From contig NC_043007.1 in assembly GCF_006345805.1 (NCBI RefSeq), positions 56,420,001 through 56,484,000 of the forward strand: a stretch of DNA of 64,000 bases, written 5' to 3'. The notes beneath the pieces were generated by a model. It was not told the origin of the DNA and did no database searches. It saw nothing but the letters and a program-made list of their open reading frames with translations. Below are positions 24,566-38,613 of the stretch, in pieces. Position 1 is the first letter of the stretch. Each line of letters starts with the position of its first letter. This stretch comes from Octopus sinensis. Taxonomy: Eukaryota. The translations under genes were made by a program, and so were the position numbers.

Positions 24566-24762
24566 TATCCCAAATCTAGGTAACATGATTCTGTGTGTAC
24601 ATGTATGTAAGTGAACATATATGCACATGCTGTACGTGTGTGTGTGTGTGTGTGTTTGTGTCCTTGAGTGTAAATGGGTGGGGGGGTGTTTAATAGCTTC
24701 TGGATACTTCGAAACTGACTATGAAATCAATGCTGTTTCTTCTCGATGCGATGTATAACAGT

Positions 24763-24822
<60 letters not shown>

Positions 24823-25264
24823 ATTCTCTTGCAGACGCAACCAGCCACCACCACCCCTTTGTCGCATACGCCATAACCACCCCGGCACCAATAGGCCATT
24901 CATGCTGTTATTCTAATGGCTTTGGTTTTTGCTGTGATGGTGGTCGTTGGCAGAGGTGGTATGATGATAAAAAAGGCGAAGGAAGAAGAGGAAAAAGAAC
25001 GAGAAAGGAAAAGGGAACAAGAATGTTTATAGTAGTAGTGGTAATGTTAGCGGTAGTGGTAGTTGGGTTGGTTTCGGTTGTCATTCTGGATTTGCAAGTA
25101 GAGAGGTTTGTTGTTGTTCTTTAGCCACAACACAGCATCCATTGAATGATCAAAGGAGGTGCAATCCCTTATGTTGTCGTTCCTCCTTGTGGTCGCCGTT
25201 AGGAAAGTGACAGCGACCATACACAATAGGGTGTGTATGGTTGGGTCTTTGATGAAAGTATATA

Positions 25265-26555
25265 TCAGGTCATCCCATAAGTTCTGTCCGAATTTTTAAT
25301 AAAGAAAATAAGTGATCAAATGTTATATTTAATTGAAATCTAATCATCAATGTACTTTCCCTGATTATCTATGACTTCCTTCCATCTATTTACAAGCTTC
25401 TTAAACCCATCAATGTAAAACTCTTTTCGTTTCAAAGCGAAGAATTCTGAAATGTCAGTTTTGACCTGCTCCTGGCTTGCGAAAGTTATGTCCCCCAAAT
25501 GATTCTGTAAATTACGAAACAAATGGTAGTCTGAAGGAGCAAGGTCGGAAGAATAAGGTGGATGAGGAATGTTTTTCCCAACCAAGCTCTTCGATCTTCT
25601 GTGATCTTTGCAGTGTGGGGTTGCGCATTGTCTTGATGAAACATCACTTCTTTTCGATTCACTAAACTGGGTCTTTTTTCCCTTCAAAGGTTGGTTCAAA
25701 CGCTCTAATTGCTGGCAGTAAACAGTAGACTTGAGAATTGATTGTTGCATTAGGTGGTAATAATTCAAAGTGAATTACTCCTTTGCAATCCGACCAGATA
25801 GAGAGAAAAACCTTTTTTTCAGGAAATACCCTTCTCGGTTGTGGTTGAGCTTTTTCCTTTTCTCAAACCGCTGTTTACGACGTTTAACATTTCGATAGAA
25901 GATTCATTTTTCTTCATCAGTCACAAGTCTACCCAAAAGGGGTGAAATGAGTTCGCGAGAATGGAGAGACGAGCAGATATCAACTCAGGATTTGCAGTTG
26001 CTTTCGGACAATTCAATTTTCGGCACCCAATTTTCAAGTTTAGGAACCTTTCCAAGTTGTTGAAGATGACGATGAACAGTTGTAAGGTTTGAACTAAGCT
26101 TTATTGCCAATTCTTCAACTGATAATGAAGGATTTTCAAGTAATGTCTCAAAGAGTTTATAATCAAACTCAACCGGACGTCCTGTTCGATCTTCCTCTTG
26201 AAGGCTGAAATCTCCACTTCTGAATTTTGTAAACCATCTTCTGCAAGTTCATTCATTCAAGCATTCTTTCCTAAAAATTGAGTGTATGTTTCGAGTTGCT
26301 TCGGCTGCAGAGTTTCCTTTTTTGTACTCATAAACCATTATGTGCCTTAAATACTCTTTGGATACTTCCATGCTAGAAAGGGTTTTAATCAAGGAAATTT
26401 TAATTCTATTATTCTGAAAAGTAATGTTTAATTAGTTAAAATGTATACAAATGCATGGAAAAATTTTTTTATTTCATTAGACATTCTAAAATACTATTAA
26501 ATTTCATTCAATTTTAAAAAACGTAAAATTGGACTGAAATTATGGGATGAAGTGT
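25265..26555 (-). mobile_element. Full-length mariner (DD34D) with degraded transposase (ATG 26371, stop 25340)
   Basis: TIR tcaggtcatcccataagttctgtcc versus ggactgaaattatgggatga; motifs WFTKFRSGDFSL, WVPK, HQDNAQPH and HPPYSSDLAPSDYHLF. Confidence 0.93.
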
Positions 26556-26659
26556 TACATACAGGTCGAGCGTGTCATTTATCAATACGACTAGTAGGGA
26601 AAACAAATAAGATTTGTTCGATTTAAACGCCCTAACATTTGTATATCTACGCACATATA

Positions 26660-26662
26660 ACT

Positions 26663-26709
<47 letters not shown>

Positions 26710-26987
26710 ATGTATGTATGTATGTATGTATGTATGTATATATGTATATATATGTATGTGTGTGTCTGTATACATACATACATGTATATATCTATATCTA
26801 TAAATATATACATATACACATATATATTATATATTTACATACATTATATATATATCTATATATGTATATGTATATATATATATATACACATATACATTTA
26901 TATTGTGCGTAAATCGAACAAGTCTTATCTGTCTTATTAGTCATATTGGCAAATCAATTCAACTAATATATATGGTGTATGTATGTA

Positions 26988-27050
<63 letters not shown>

Positions 27051-27057
27051 ATATATA

Positions 27058-27156
<99 letters not shown>

Positions 27157-27399
27157 TATATATATACTCATGTACATACCTATGTATGTACAGTTGCCAT
27201 TCAAACATTCCCTATTTGTAGCAAAATAAATCGTATGTCAGAAACATTCTACCGAATTAAATAAAGATATTCTCGAGTGTCATTATTTTGCTAGCGATAT
27301 CATCGACAAACAACCACACCTTATTTTATGCGTCGTAAATTACAGGATATGAGTGTCTCGGGACACCTATGTTTGCATATATATATATATGTATATATA

Positions 27400-27480
<81 letters not shown>
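26660..27480. repeat. Large (TA)n/(TATG)n microsatellite field
   Basis: Read directly; similar fields at 11091-11268, 20140-20345, 21608-21812 and 57440-57650. Confidence 0.97.
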
Positions 27481-27484
<4 letters not shown>

Positions 27485-27584
27485 GACTGTCCGTGTATGC
27501 ATGTATGTTTGTATATGTGTGGATGTATGTGTCTGTCTATGTATATAAATAAAAGGATTGTGAGGATAAAAATAAACCTTCTTT

Positions 27585-27736
27585 TCTATAATGAACCTTC
27601 TGCTTCAGTAAGTGCTTCAGTGTGAGATCTAAATCGTCTACACGCTCGAATCAAGTGATACTGCTTCATTTTGGACACTACCCTGACTATGGCGGCTTTC
27701 AAAGAATCTTTTGCATGAAGGGCATGTTCATTGACT

Positions 27737-27782
<46 letters not shown>

Positions 27783-28620
27783 AGCGCTTCACATGTAATA
27801 GTCCAATGGATTTAGATCAAGAGAATTAGGAGACCAAATGGTAGGGTTATGTGATCATGAAAATTTTCACCCATCCATTCTTGCGTTACTATAGACTTGT
27901 ATGATGGTGCAGAATCTTGCTGAAATACATATGGCCTTCCATTGCGTACACTGTCTATCCATGGTTTAACAACTGTTTCCAGGACCTCAATGTAGGCGGC
28001 AGAGTTAACTTATACGCCTTGTGGAAAGAAGTAAGTTGTCATTCATTACTGACAACGCCTAAAACCATTACAGTTTCAGGAAATTTTCTATGCATAACTC
28101 TTGGAATTTTATGAGGGTCTGCACAAAGCTATCAGACATTTCTTATATCTTTTTGATTTTGGTCGAGGGTTTTCTCGTCCGAGAAAAACTGAATCAAATT
28201 TTCTGCTGGATTTTTCAGTTTGTTTAAGAGCCTTTTAGATCTTATTTAGCTATTTTCTTTTGCTTTTACTGATATAGATTGACCTTTTCTCATCATATAA
28301 GGCATATCTGATGTCTTCGTGGACATCTCTGATTATTTCTTGCGATTGACCTCATGGATTTTCTGGTATTGTAATCAATAGTCTGCTGGACTTGCTGGAT
28401 AAATTCAGGTGTTCTGATGAGTTCAGAGCGTTTAGAATGCTTTTTGCCCTTTCATACTGGTGATTCGTTTCCATCTTCGGTCGCTAAATCCGTATGAACA
28501 TTGTAGACGAAAGATCTAACGACTTTTAAAACATTTAAGTATTTCTAAATCGCTATGCTCAGCATTTATAGCCCCAAAAAGCAGCATACTTCATTTCTTG
28601 AGTAAGCTGAGGGTCTGACA
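27585..28620 (-). mobile_element. maT/DD37D-type Tc1/mariner transposase remnant containing a (GA)n expansion
   Basis: FFSDEK, VMVLGVVS, QQDSAPSY...37 residues...DLNPLDYY (one frameshift), LKAAIVR..HLIRACRRFRS. Confidence 0.85.
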
Positions 28621-28621
28621 T

Positions 28622-29774
28622 TATTATTTCCTGGTTATTGTATGGAAAGTGTTCTGCGTAGGATGTGTGCAGTGCCTAGTAGTGCAATTTTCTGTATGTT
28701 ATATGTGTTTGTAAGTCCTGGTGTTTTTGTATTGTATTTGTCTGAATATTTTTTTATCATGCCTAATGCACCTACTATGATAGGAATTGTTTCTGTTTTC
28801 AGATTCCACATTCTGGTTACCTCTATTTCCAGGTCTTTGTATTTTGAAAGTTTCTCCATTTCTTTTAGAGACACATTGTCATCTGCCGGTATTGATACAT
28901 CAATTAGAAAGCAATTTTTTCTTCATAATCTCTGACAACTATATCTGGTCTGTTAGCCTTAATTTCTCTATCTGTGTGTATCGGCATATCCCAGAGTATG
29001 GTTGCTTTCTCGTTTTCTGTGACCTTTTCTGGTGTGTGCCTATACCATCTTTTTTCTGTTGTTATTCCATAATGTTGGCATAGCTTCCAGTGTATGTAGG
29101 TTCCAACTCTGTCATGTCTGTGAAATATATCCTCTTGGCCAGGACTGGGCAGCCAGAGATAATATGATTTATTGTTTCTTGTCCATCTCCACATATTCTG
29201 CAGTTACTTGTTATATTTCTTTTCATTACATGTTTTTGGTAATTTCTGGTGGGGAGCTTTGGTCTTGTGCTGCAATTAAAAATCCCTCTGTCTCTGCTTT
29301 GAGTCCTGAGCTTCTCAACCATTGCTGGGATTTTTCTTTGTCTATTTCTTTTGCGTTTAGTTTAGTCCAGTATTTACCATGAAGGGGCTTTTCTTGCCAT
29401 CGTTTTATCATTGTTCGTTGCTGTTCTATTTTTAGTTTGGATTTCATTTGTTTTATAGCTTTGGTGTTTTCTTTTTCTTCTTCTTCTTCTTCTTCTTCTT
29501 CTTCTTCTTCTTCTTCTTCTTCTTCTTCTTCTTCTTCTTCTTCTTCTTCTTCTTCTTCTTCTTCTTCTTCTTCTTCTTCTTCTTCTTCTTCTTCTTCTTC
29601 TTCTTCTTCTTCTTCTTCTTCTTTTCTTCATATTTATTAGGTGGTATGATTTCTTGTTTGTATTTGTCAGCTTCCTTAAATACTGAGAACAGTTTTTTGT
29701 TTTGCTCGTGTTTTGCCGCTATTTGTATCAGTTTTCTTTCCTTCTGAAGTAGATATTTTTTCAGTCCTATGGTG

Positions 29775-29775
<1 letters not shown>
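28622..29775 (-). mobile_element. 5'-truncated R4/Dong-type non-LTR retrotransposon (RLE endonuclease)
   Basis: CRICGDGQETINHIISGC (CCHC), RHD, ILWDMPIHTD, RPDIVV..LIDVS (PD-(D/E)xK), GALG; short 3' end with taataa; a (TAA)n array at the 5' side. Confidence 0.9.
29475..29629. repeat. (TTC)n microsatellite expanded inside the RLE LINE ORF
   Basis: ~50 near-perfect TTC units. Confidence 0.98.
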
Positions 29776-29838
<63 letters not shown>

Positions 29839-29853
29839 TATTATTATTATTAT
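29776..29853. repeat. (ATT)n microsatellite
   Basis: Read directly. Confidence 0.98.
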
Positions 29854-29936
29854 TCAGGTCATTGCCTAGAATCGAACTCAGAATCTTGGGGTTAGTAGCC
29901 CGCGCTCTTAACCAATATGCCATATGCTCATATATT

Positions 29937-29969
<33 letters not shown>

Positions 29970-29998
29970 GAAGATATATATATATATATATATATATT

Positions 29999-30066
<68 letters not shown>

Positions 30067-31068
30067 GTGAATGTGTGTGTGCGTGTGTGTGCGTGCATGT
30101 GTGTGTGTGGTGTGGTGTGTGTGTGTGTTTGTTACATGAGTATATGACTACATATCTATGTCTTCTTTTGAAATATAGAAAAAGTTTTCTTCACATAATT
30201 CGATCCAGCCACTATCAACGTGACAAGGCTTCTTGTTTATGTGAAGGCACTTGCAGGATTCTGTGAATCTGTGAGTGGCTGAGTATATGCATATATGCCA
30301 TTGGCGGTGTGTGTGTGGATATACTCGCAGTCATATAAGAGGTGATTATATCTCTGTTTGGCTGCCACTTTTCAATTTCTTCAGTTTGTTTTAATTGATT
30401 TCATATTTAATGTAATGATGTAGTTTCGAATGCTAATCATTGACATGAAATTCGTTTTCACCATAAATCAATAAATAAAATGTTAATAACTTTTAAATTT
30501 TGTAAATTTATGGTAATATTAGCCAGTCGTAAGCCACAGACGCATTCATGCCTGTTTCCATAATAACAAACCAAGTTGTTGCCAAGCTATTTACTCACGT
30601 ACTTATTTTTCGCTTATTAAATGGTGGTTGTGAGATGTGCTAAAATAATAGCTTAATAGGCTTTAAATCACGCACTTTTTTTTTTAGTGGTGGGGTGTTT
30701 GCATAATCGAATGAATTCCCGTGAGTAGAATAAAAATGCACAAAAATTTACTGAAAATTCCAAAAAATAAAAAATTTATGGGGTGTTCATATTGTGTGTG
30801 TAAAACAGAATTGTATCATTTGTTTACTGTTCACAACACTTGTTGAAACGCACAAAAGGACAGCCTCTAAATCCTACTTTCTGATTATGTAAAAATGATC
30901 AAACTTTAAATTTCTGCAACAATTTTTAAAACTTTTTTTCTGGCTAAAGTTAAATATTCCCCGAGATTCAGCGTGAAAAATTACTTCATTGCCCCAAATT
31001 TTAAACTCATTTTTAAACTTTGAAATTTCTACAGGTGAAGTCAAATAGAAAAGATCCGAGGAATATGG

Positions 31069-31116
<48 letters not shown>

Positions 31117-31847
31117 TGTGTGTGTGTATACACTCTTTGTGCGTGAGTTAGTGGTATATACACACACATATGATTGTATGCATATGTTTATTGCTGGAAT
31201 CGAAAGTTCAAAATCTGTCAAATGTGTTACAGATTTTCACAATATACTAGTCGAGTGATTTGGACGATGTGAATCTGTTTCCTTCTTTCTGTCATACGAA
31301 ATCCAAAATTAGAAATGCAAATCTGTTGTGCCTTTATACAAATAAATATTTACAGCCCAAATAGATAGTTTCTCATTAGTTCAAATTAGGTGTTCTTTTT
31401 TATTCAACTTTAGATGAGGCATCCACATCTACTGCATAGCTGAGAGCTACAGTACTGCATAACTTCTGCTTTCTAACCTTCAGAAAAATTTGATCGTCAT
31501 ATCTTTTAACAGGTCATTGTTAAGATTTACACCACAGATACAAAGGTGTGTGTATTGGTTATAGTAAACATATGAAGGAAGGTATATGTGCTACACTACA
31601 TAAATATGTGTGCGTGTGTATTTAGGATAAACACTTGTGTGTTGGGTGTACTGCTGTACTCCATCTCCGAATGCAGGAATCGATGTCGGAAAAACAGATA
31701 CTAATTTTGTTTAATAGAATTTTCGTTACTGTTCCGGTGCTAAAAGTCTCCTGCCGGCAGAGATCAACAATTTTTCAACCATCTGAACTGAAAATGAGAA
31801 TCATACACCGCTGCATATATGTAAACATACACATATACGTATGCATG

Positions 31848-31924
<77 letters not shown>

Positions 31925-31958
31925 TAAGAAAGTTGGTTTGTGAAAGCACGTGGTTGAA

Positions 31959-33623
31959 TATATAGAAAATAGTAAAAAGTGAGAAAACTACAGAAGGCTT
32001 AAAGGTTAAAATATATATATATATTTGCGTCAATATGTCTGAAGAATATTAAAAAAAATTTTTCTTACAATGACATAGTTTAGAAGAAAGACCGGTTTCG
32101 CGTTTAGCTTTTCAAATTTCTTACGACGTTATGTTTATGTTGAATAGAGTTATCGTTATGTTTATGTTTAAAAGAGTTCTAAATAAGGGGAGGTAATGAG
32201 TGATTTCTTCCGGTGTAAGGGAGATAATCGCTTAAAATTTTTTTCCTTTCCCTTGGTGTGAATTTCTCTGTAACAGTATGTTGGCATGGTTAAGTCTGGG
32301 CTTGTACTTTTCAATGAAGAATGTTTCCTTGTTTAGTCTAATTTGTGTTGATGATCCGTTAGCACATTGGTAAAATGGAAAGATTAAAAATTGTGGTAGT
32401 AGTTGCTTTGCGCATTTCTCAATGTGCTCACTAAAAGGTATCATTTCTATTCTGGGAATGCAATCTGTTGTCGATGCAGTGTGCATCTACGTCTGAGTGA
32501 TAGTCCCGCGGATCCCACGTAGTCTTGGTGGCAGCCAGAGCATTTTATGACATAAATTATGTTTTCAGAGGCACAAGTAAAGTTAGATTTGATCTTGAAT
32601 TTCTGTCCCTCTTTAAAGAGGAATTCTGATCCTTCTAGCATGTTTGGACATGTTTCTGGGGTTGTATGTAGATATGTAAGGTAGTATTTTCGGGGAAGGT
32701 GTGTTGTTGTGTTGAACAACCTCAGAAACAAAGAAGCCTTCACCATCATCACCCAGAATTTACCAATACTTCATAAGGACCCCAAATTAAAGGAAATTCT
32801 AAACATACACCAAATCATTAAAAGCTACAAACAACCTAAATCACTTAAAAAGATTCTCACAAAGGCAAAATTGTTTTCTGAAATTACGGATGCAAAAGTA
32901 AAAAAAATGTGGTAGATCGAACTGTGCAACATGTCCAAACCTGCTAGAAGGATCAGAATTCCTCTTTAAAGAGGGACAGAAATTCAAGATCAAATCTAAC
33001 TGTACTTGTGCCTCTGAAAACATAATTTATGTCATAAAATGCTCGGGCTGCCACCAAGACTACGTGGGATCCACGGGACTATCACTCAGACGTAGATGCA
33101 CACTGCATCGACAACAGATTGCATTCCCAGAATACAGAATGATACCTTTTAGTGAGCACATTGAGAAATGCGCAAAGCAACTACTACCACAATTTTTAAT
33201 CTTTCCATTTTACCAATGTGCTATCGGATCATCAACACAAATTAGACTAAACAAGGAAACATTATTCATTGAAAAGTACAAGCCCAGACTTAACCATGCC
33301 AACATACTGATACAGAGAAATTCACACCAAGGGAAAGGAAAAAAATTTTAAGCGATTATCTCCCTTACACCGGAAGAAATCACTCATTACCTCCCCTTAT
33401 TTAGAACTCTTTTAAACATAAACATAACGATAACTCTATTCAACATAAACATAACGTCGTAAGAAATTTGAAAAGCTAAACGCGAAACCGGTCTTTCTTC
33501 TAAACTATGTCATTGTAAGAAAAATTTTTTTTAATATTCTTCAGACATATTGACGCAAATATATATATATTTTTTAACCTTTAAGCCTTCTGTAGTTTTT
33601 TCACTTTTACTATTTTCTATATA
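31959..33623. mobile_element. Head-to-head inverted pair of PLE 3' fragments (GIY-YIG plus pLTR)
   Basis: Arms 31959-32654 and 32928-33623 are near-identical inverted repeats. The plus copy reads CGRSNCATC...TCASENIIYVIKCSGCHQDYVGSTGLSLRRR..LHRQQI...SEH...EKYKPRLN. Confidence 0.92.
33461..33499 (+). ncRNA. Minimal hammerhead-like motif with a U3-A8 variant core
   Basis: aagaaa-t-TTGAAAA-gc taaac gc-GAAA-ccgg-TC-tttctt; an identical inverted copy lies at ~32086-32124. Confidence 0.6.
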
Positions 33624-33807
33624 TATATAGTTCACAATGTGTACAGAAGGAACGGTTGCACTGCATATATATAAAGAAGGCTATATAAGTTACACTGCAC
33701 ATATAAAGTAGGTAGGGTGGATATGCAAACAGCTGACATATTTAGGTTAATTCGAAAGACAATTTCAGCTGCAGTAACTAAGGACATTGCAATAACTAGG
33801 GAATTGC

Positions 33808-35420
33808 TGATGATGACAACGACGACGACAACGAAGATGATGCTGATCACCACCAGTACAACCACCACCTCCACCACCACCACCATCAAAATCACCACCA
33901 CCACCACCACCACCACCACCACCACCACCACCACCACCACCATCATCATCATCAACATCATCATCATCATCAGCAGCAGCAGGAACAACAGCATTCGAAT
34001 TTTCAGTATCATCATAATCGTCATTACTGTTGTATTTCTTCTTGCCGTTGCTGTTTTTTTAGTGTTTTTGCCGTCTGCTGCTGCTGTTGTTGTTGTTGTT
34101 GTTGTTATTCTTGTGGTTGCTACGGTGCAAAAGGAAACGGTTAGAAAATATTGTTTCGGTTCTTCCGTTATCGTTTTCATAACATTACTGTCTTTGATTT
34201 GTATGAAGAAGGAAGCTGTAGGTCAGCCCATCCATCTAGCACTTCAAAACCCTCAAGGCTGCCTCATTCCGCTCCACCCCCAAACCGCTCCACGCTAAAC
34301 AATTTGTGGTAGCTGTCGTAACACCGGCACCTCTTATGTTCCGCCATATTTCACTGAACTTACCGACATATTTCTATTGCTACAAATGCTTTGAACTTTT
34401 TTCTTCGCTCTTCTACAGTAGGCGGCTTAGGGTGTTATTTTTGTTATTGTACTAATTGGAAATGAGGATCATCATGATAATGATAATGGTGATTGGTGTG
34501 ATAGTAGTGGTGGTGGTGGTGGTGGACATAGTAGTAGCGTTGAAGATGGTGATATATTGGTGCAATCGTACTGGAACGGTGATAATCATGTTTCTAGTTG
34601 TCCCTCATTCCACGTGCCAATACTATGAACTCTCGTCGCAACTGCAGCAAACGAATCGCGAAAGCATCATTCTTAAAGTTCTGATTAAAATACGGCGTGT
34701 ATCATCGCCATCAATCATCATCATCATCATCACCATCATCATCATCATAATCAACATCATCATCATCATTATCATCATTAACATCATCATCATCATCATC
34801 ATCATCATCGTTATCATCACCACCACCATCCCATAGCTAATATCACCACAACCACCACAACCACCACCATCATCATCATCATCATCATCATCACCATCAT
34901 CACCATTATCATCATCATCATCACCATCATCACCACCATCATCATCACCATCGTCATCGTCGTCGTTATCATCGTTGTCATTATCATCGTCGTCATCATC
35001 ATCATTATCATCACTAGCAACATCGGCATCTTTGTCTTCAGTTTCGTCGTCGTCGTCGTCACTGTCGCCGCTCTCGCCATCATCATCATCATCGTCTTTA
35101 TAGTTGTTATCAGAAAACTTATTCTTCACATAATCGTTATCATCAACGTGAATATCGTCATGATCATCATCATTAACATTATTACCATCAGCATTATTTC
35201 AACAACAACATCCCCTCCTACTCCTCTTCTTTTTACTCTTTTTTTCCCACCCCATCACCGCCATCATCATCAGTTGTAGTCATCCTCTCCACCACCAGCC
35301 ATCGTCAAGTCGATCTCTCTGGTCCCTTTTTTCCTTTGTTTTTGTTGGAATGTCCACCACCACCACCACCACCACCGCCACCAACGACTCCTGCTGCCGC
35401 CAACACCACCACTACCATCA
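33808..35420. repeat. Compound trinucleotide arrays (ACC/ATC/GTC/GTT/ATG) flanking a short unique island at ~34140-34455
   Basis: Read directly; these arrays produce the poly-T/I/D/M ORFs in the track. Confidence 0.9.
34364..34412 (-). CDS. Candidate internal exon (ERRKKFKAFVAIEIC)
   Basis: ctaag...tgtag acceptor and CG|GTAAGT donor; phase 1-2 frame is open; lies in a unique island between microsatellites. Confidence 0.25.
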
Positions 35421-37254
35421 CTACCCCCACCGACACTTCTCCCCTCAGCTCCTCTTCGAATCGGAAACTAAAGTTCCACACCACTATGAATTAATTATCA
35501 ACCCGGAAACAAATGTTATTTTTGTTGTTGTTGTTGTTGTTGGGATGTTTTTCTTTTCATGTTTGGGTTATATAGATGTTTTCTTTTTTTTTTCTTGCTG
35601 TGCATGTATTTTTATAATGACTTTTTTTTTTTCTCCCTTTTTTTTTTAAAGATGGACAAGCAAACCTTTCGCTCTGAATGTTCATTGTAAGAGCGTGTGT
35701 GAGTGCGTGCGCCTGTATGTGAACTCACGTATATATCCACATACATGAGACATTCGTACATAAACATACACATATATACGTGTGTATGTGTATGTGTGTG
35801 TGTGTGTGTGTACGGTTTTCTGGGTATGGTATGTCAGGACAGTGGTTTACGTATGTACGACTGGTGGGGAATTGACAGCAAATATGTAGAAGTCTCAGTT
35901 AACATCCTATACTGGCAGCTAATGTGACGCATATGGCACACTGCAAAGAAAGGGAAACAAACAACAAAAGCAAAAATAAATGGAAAACAGGAGTTATAAA
36001 AAAAAATAAATAACATAGAAATAACTACAAGCACAACAGCAAAAGCAACGAAAGCAGCATCCATTCCTCTCCCCGCAAACATGAATCCACATAGTCACAC
36101 CTTCACATGGATCTTCTTACAAAATGAACTTACATATACACATGCGCACACAAAAGCACGCAACATACGTTCACGCTGAGAGACACTTCGACCGCAAACA
36201 TATAATGACATTCGTAGACATGTATTTAACCAGACACATGCAAACACACACATGTGCACACACATACACTTGCGTATACACATGCAAAACAACGAAAATA
36301 AATGATAACTTAAATCTTTAAGAAATAACGAAAAGAAAAAAAACTTAAATACAACGCCAATATGTGGCGTGTTTGTTTTGTGTTATTGTATTTTATTTTT
36401 CAGCCTCCTCAAGAAACCAGACATGTGGAAAATAGCTTTAAAACGCTTAAGATCCCTTGGGAACACGTTTGATAAGATTTTGATGTCCAAGGTTTTTCTT
36501 TTGACAAGTGTTTTACTTATAATTCTATTTCGCTGTATTTTACCGTTTCGATAATTTGACAAATATACACACACATACACACACGCACACACACACACAC
36601 ATATTGACTGTAGCAGTAACAAGTCGTCAGTACCGTCGTCGTAGTCGTCATCAATACTGTGATCACTGTCAACAGATCGTTCATCATTGTCCAGCAGTTC
36701 CACTTCGACTGTAGCAAAAATGTTTAAAATACATTTCCGTGACCACAGCCATGTGACCACACATGATAGTCACCGCGGCTACTACAATAAATCCAAAATC
36801 AAAACATGGCTTTTAAATATGCATACGTTAAATAACTTGGGTCTAGCAGACACTGATTTCATATCTTTATTTCTTTTACTCGAGGCACCTCACTCCCACT
36901 TAATATAGGTATAAACGCAGAGTTATACATAAATTGTACCGAAGCACTTGTCTAGCTATGGGGTTAAGAAGTTTACTTTGCAAAAACATCGTTTTGGTTT
37001 CGATCCATATGTGCAGCAGCACCCTGGGCTTCCTTGAAAACTACCTAGGGTCATCAAATGCTCTGTAATTCAATTTGGTACTCAGGAACTGTACGGAAGA
37101 CCATCACATGTATATTTGTGCGTGGATTTCTGTGTATGAGTTTGTATGTGTATGCATGTGTGTGTGTGTGTGTACACACACACACACATACACATTCACA
37201 CTCACACACATACACTCACATAAACCCCTATGCACACACACCCCACTCATGTAT

Positions 37255-37865
37255 AAAGAGTGTCCCTAAAAATGTACACCAAAGCTTAAAATAAATTTCA
37301 TTTTCAAAATTTAATAGAATCTACAGAAAGAATTAGAATTTTTATGAGCACCTATTTTCAAGATGATGACCATCCTAGCCTTGGCACTGCTGAAAACGCG
37401 AAGCAATGGAATCGCAATGGTCATGCTTCAAGCTTATCTAATTTGTGTATTGGTTTAGGGCGGTGAGCTGTCATTATCGTTTGCGCGCTGGGCAAAGTTC
37501 TTAGTGGTATTTTGAGTTCAAATATCGCCGAGGCCGACTTTGCTTTTCATTCTTCCGAGGTCGGGAATACTGGGGTCGATGCAATCGATTTGTCCAATCC
37601 CCGGAAAATGCTGGCCGTGTGCCAAATTCGTAACCAATTTCCGTGATGGTAAGTCGCGTGGGAGGATCTATTTGAAACTCTTTCCTAACTTGCCTTTGCA
37701 CTTCGACTGCGTTTTCAAGCCTCCAGTAGCACTTTAAAAAAATTTCTTTTGTTAAGCCTAATCTACATACATTATTTCAAGAGGTTTAAATTTAAAAAGA
37801 AACGAAAAGTCGGAGAAAGGTCAGCTGTTAAAGTCTGTATACATTTTGGAGTGAGACACCTTGTA
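37255..37865. mobile_element. Internally deleted Tc1/mariner derivative with a family A SINE inserted at ~37457-37640
   Basis: Degenerate TIRs (a)agagtgtccctaaaaatgtacac and tgtatacattttggagtgagacaccttgta; C-terminal remnant SRFQQCQG*DGHHLE on the minus strand. Confidence 0.6.
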
Positions 37866-38613
37866 TATACCGTAAGTGGGTGAGTTTGTGTGAATGTGTA
37901 TATGAGTGTTTGTGTGGGTATGCGTTAATATCGGTTGCTGATGAATACCAGCGAAGTATGTAAGTAACACAAAACTAAGTCCACCGAACTGCAGAAATTC
38001 TCCATTTCCTCTCACTGTCAGAAATACAGAGAGCCCTTTCATTGTTTATATGGAAGTTTAATGAAATGCTTCTTCCTTAAGTACTTTTGATGTTCCGAGG
38101 TTGGTTTGAGTATCTACAAATATATTGTAATTTTTAGTTGGGTTTATTTAAAGGATACTAGTGTCCTGTCCTGAGATTAAGGGTAAAAAATAATCATCAG
38201 ATTTTGGGTTAGTACTAAAAGGCAAAGAAAGTTCTTTTCTTCCGCTGTGTATGGATTACCGTCAATCCAGTCTAAGAGTTCATCGTTAAGACAGAATCCG
38301 CAATCATTGTTTGGGAACCATTCCTTAATTTCGAAAATAAATACAAACCAGCGTTAATTTAGTTATTTTTTCTACCTTTTTAAGTTATCTTAAAATGTGT
38401 TGGTGTGTGCGTGCGTGCGTACGTGCGTGCGTGCGTACGTGCGTGCGTGCGCGAGCGCGAGCGCGTGTGTGTGTGTGAATGTTATAATAATAAAATCAGT
38501 AGAATCAATATCAACTATTTAATTTGACCTATGACCAATACCATCTAAGTAAAAACCTAACAGCGAGCGGCCATCACTAAAATAGAATAAAAAGTTTTTT
38601 CTTGAAGTTGGTT

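Noticed and set aside
30140-30275. Minus-strand frame ESCKCLHINKKPCHVDSGWIELCEENFFY resembling a C-type lectin start
   Set aside because: No convincing donor and no downstream lectin motifs; the frame closes within a few codons.
30650-31060. Possible non-autonomous DNA transposon
   Set aside because: The composition is suggestive, but I could not define TIRs or a TSD.
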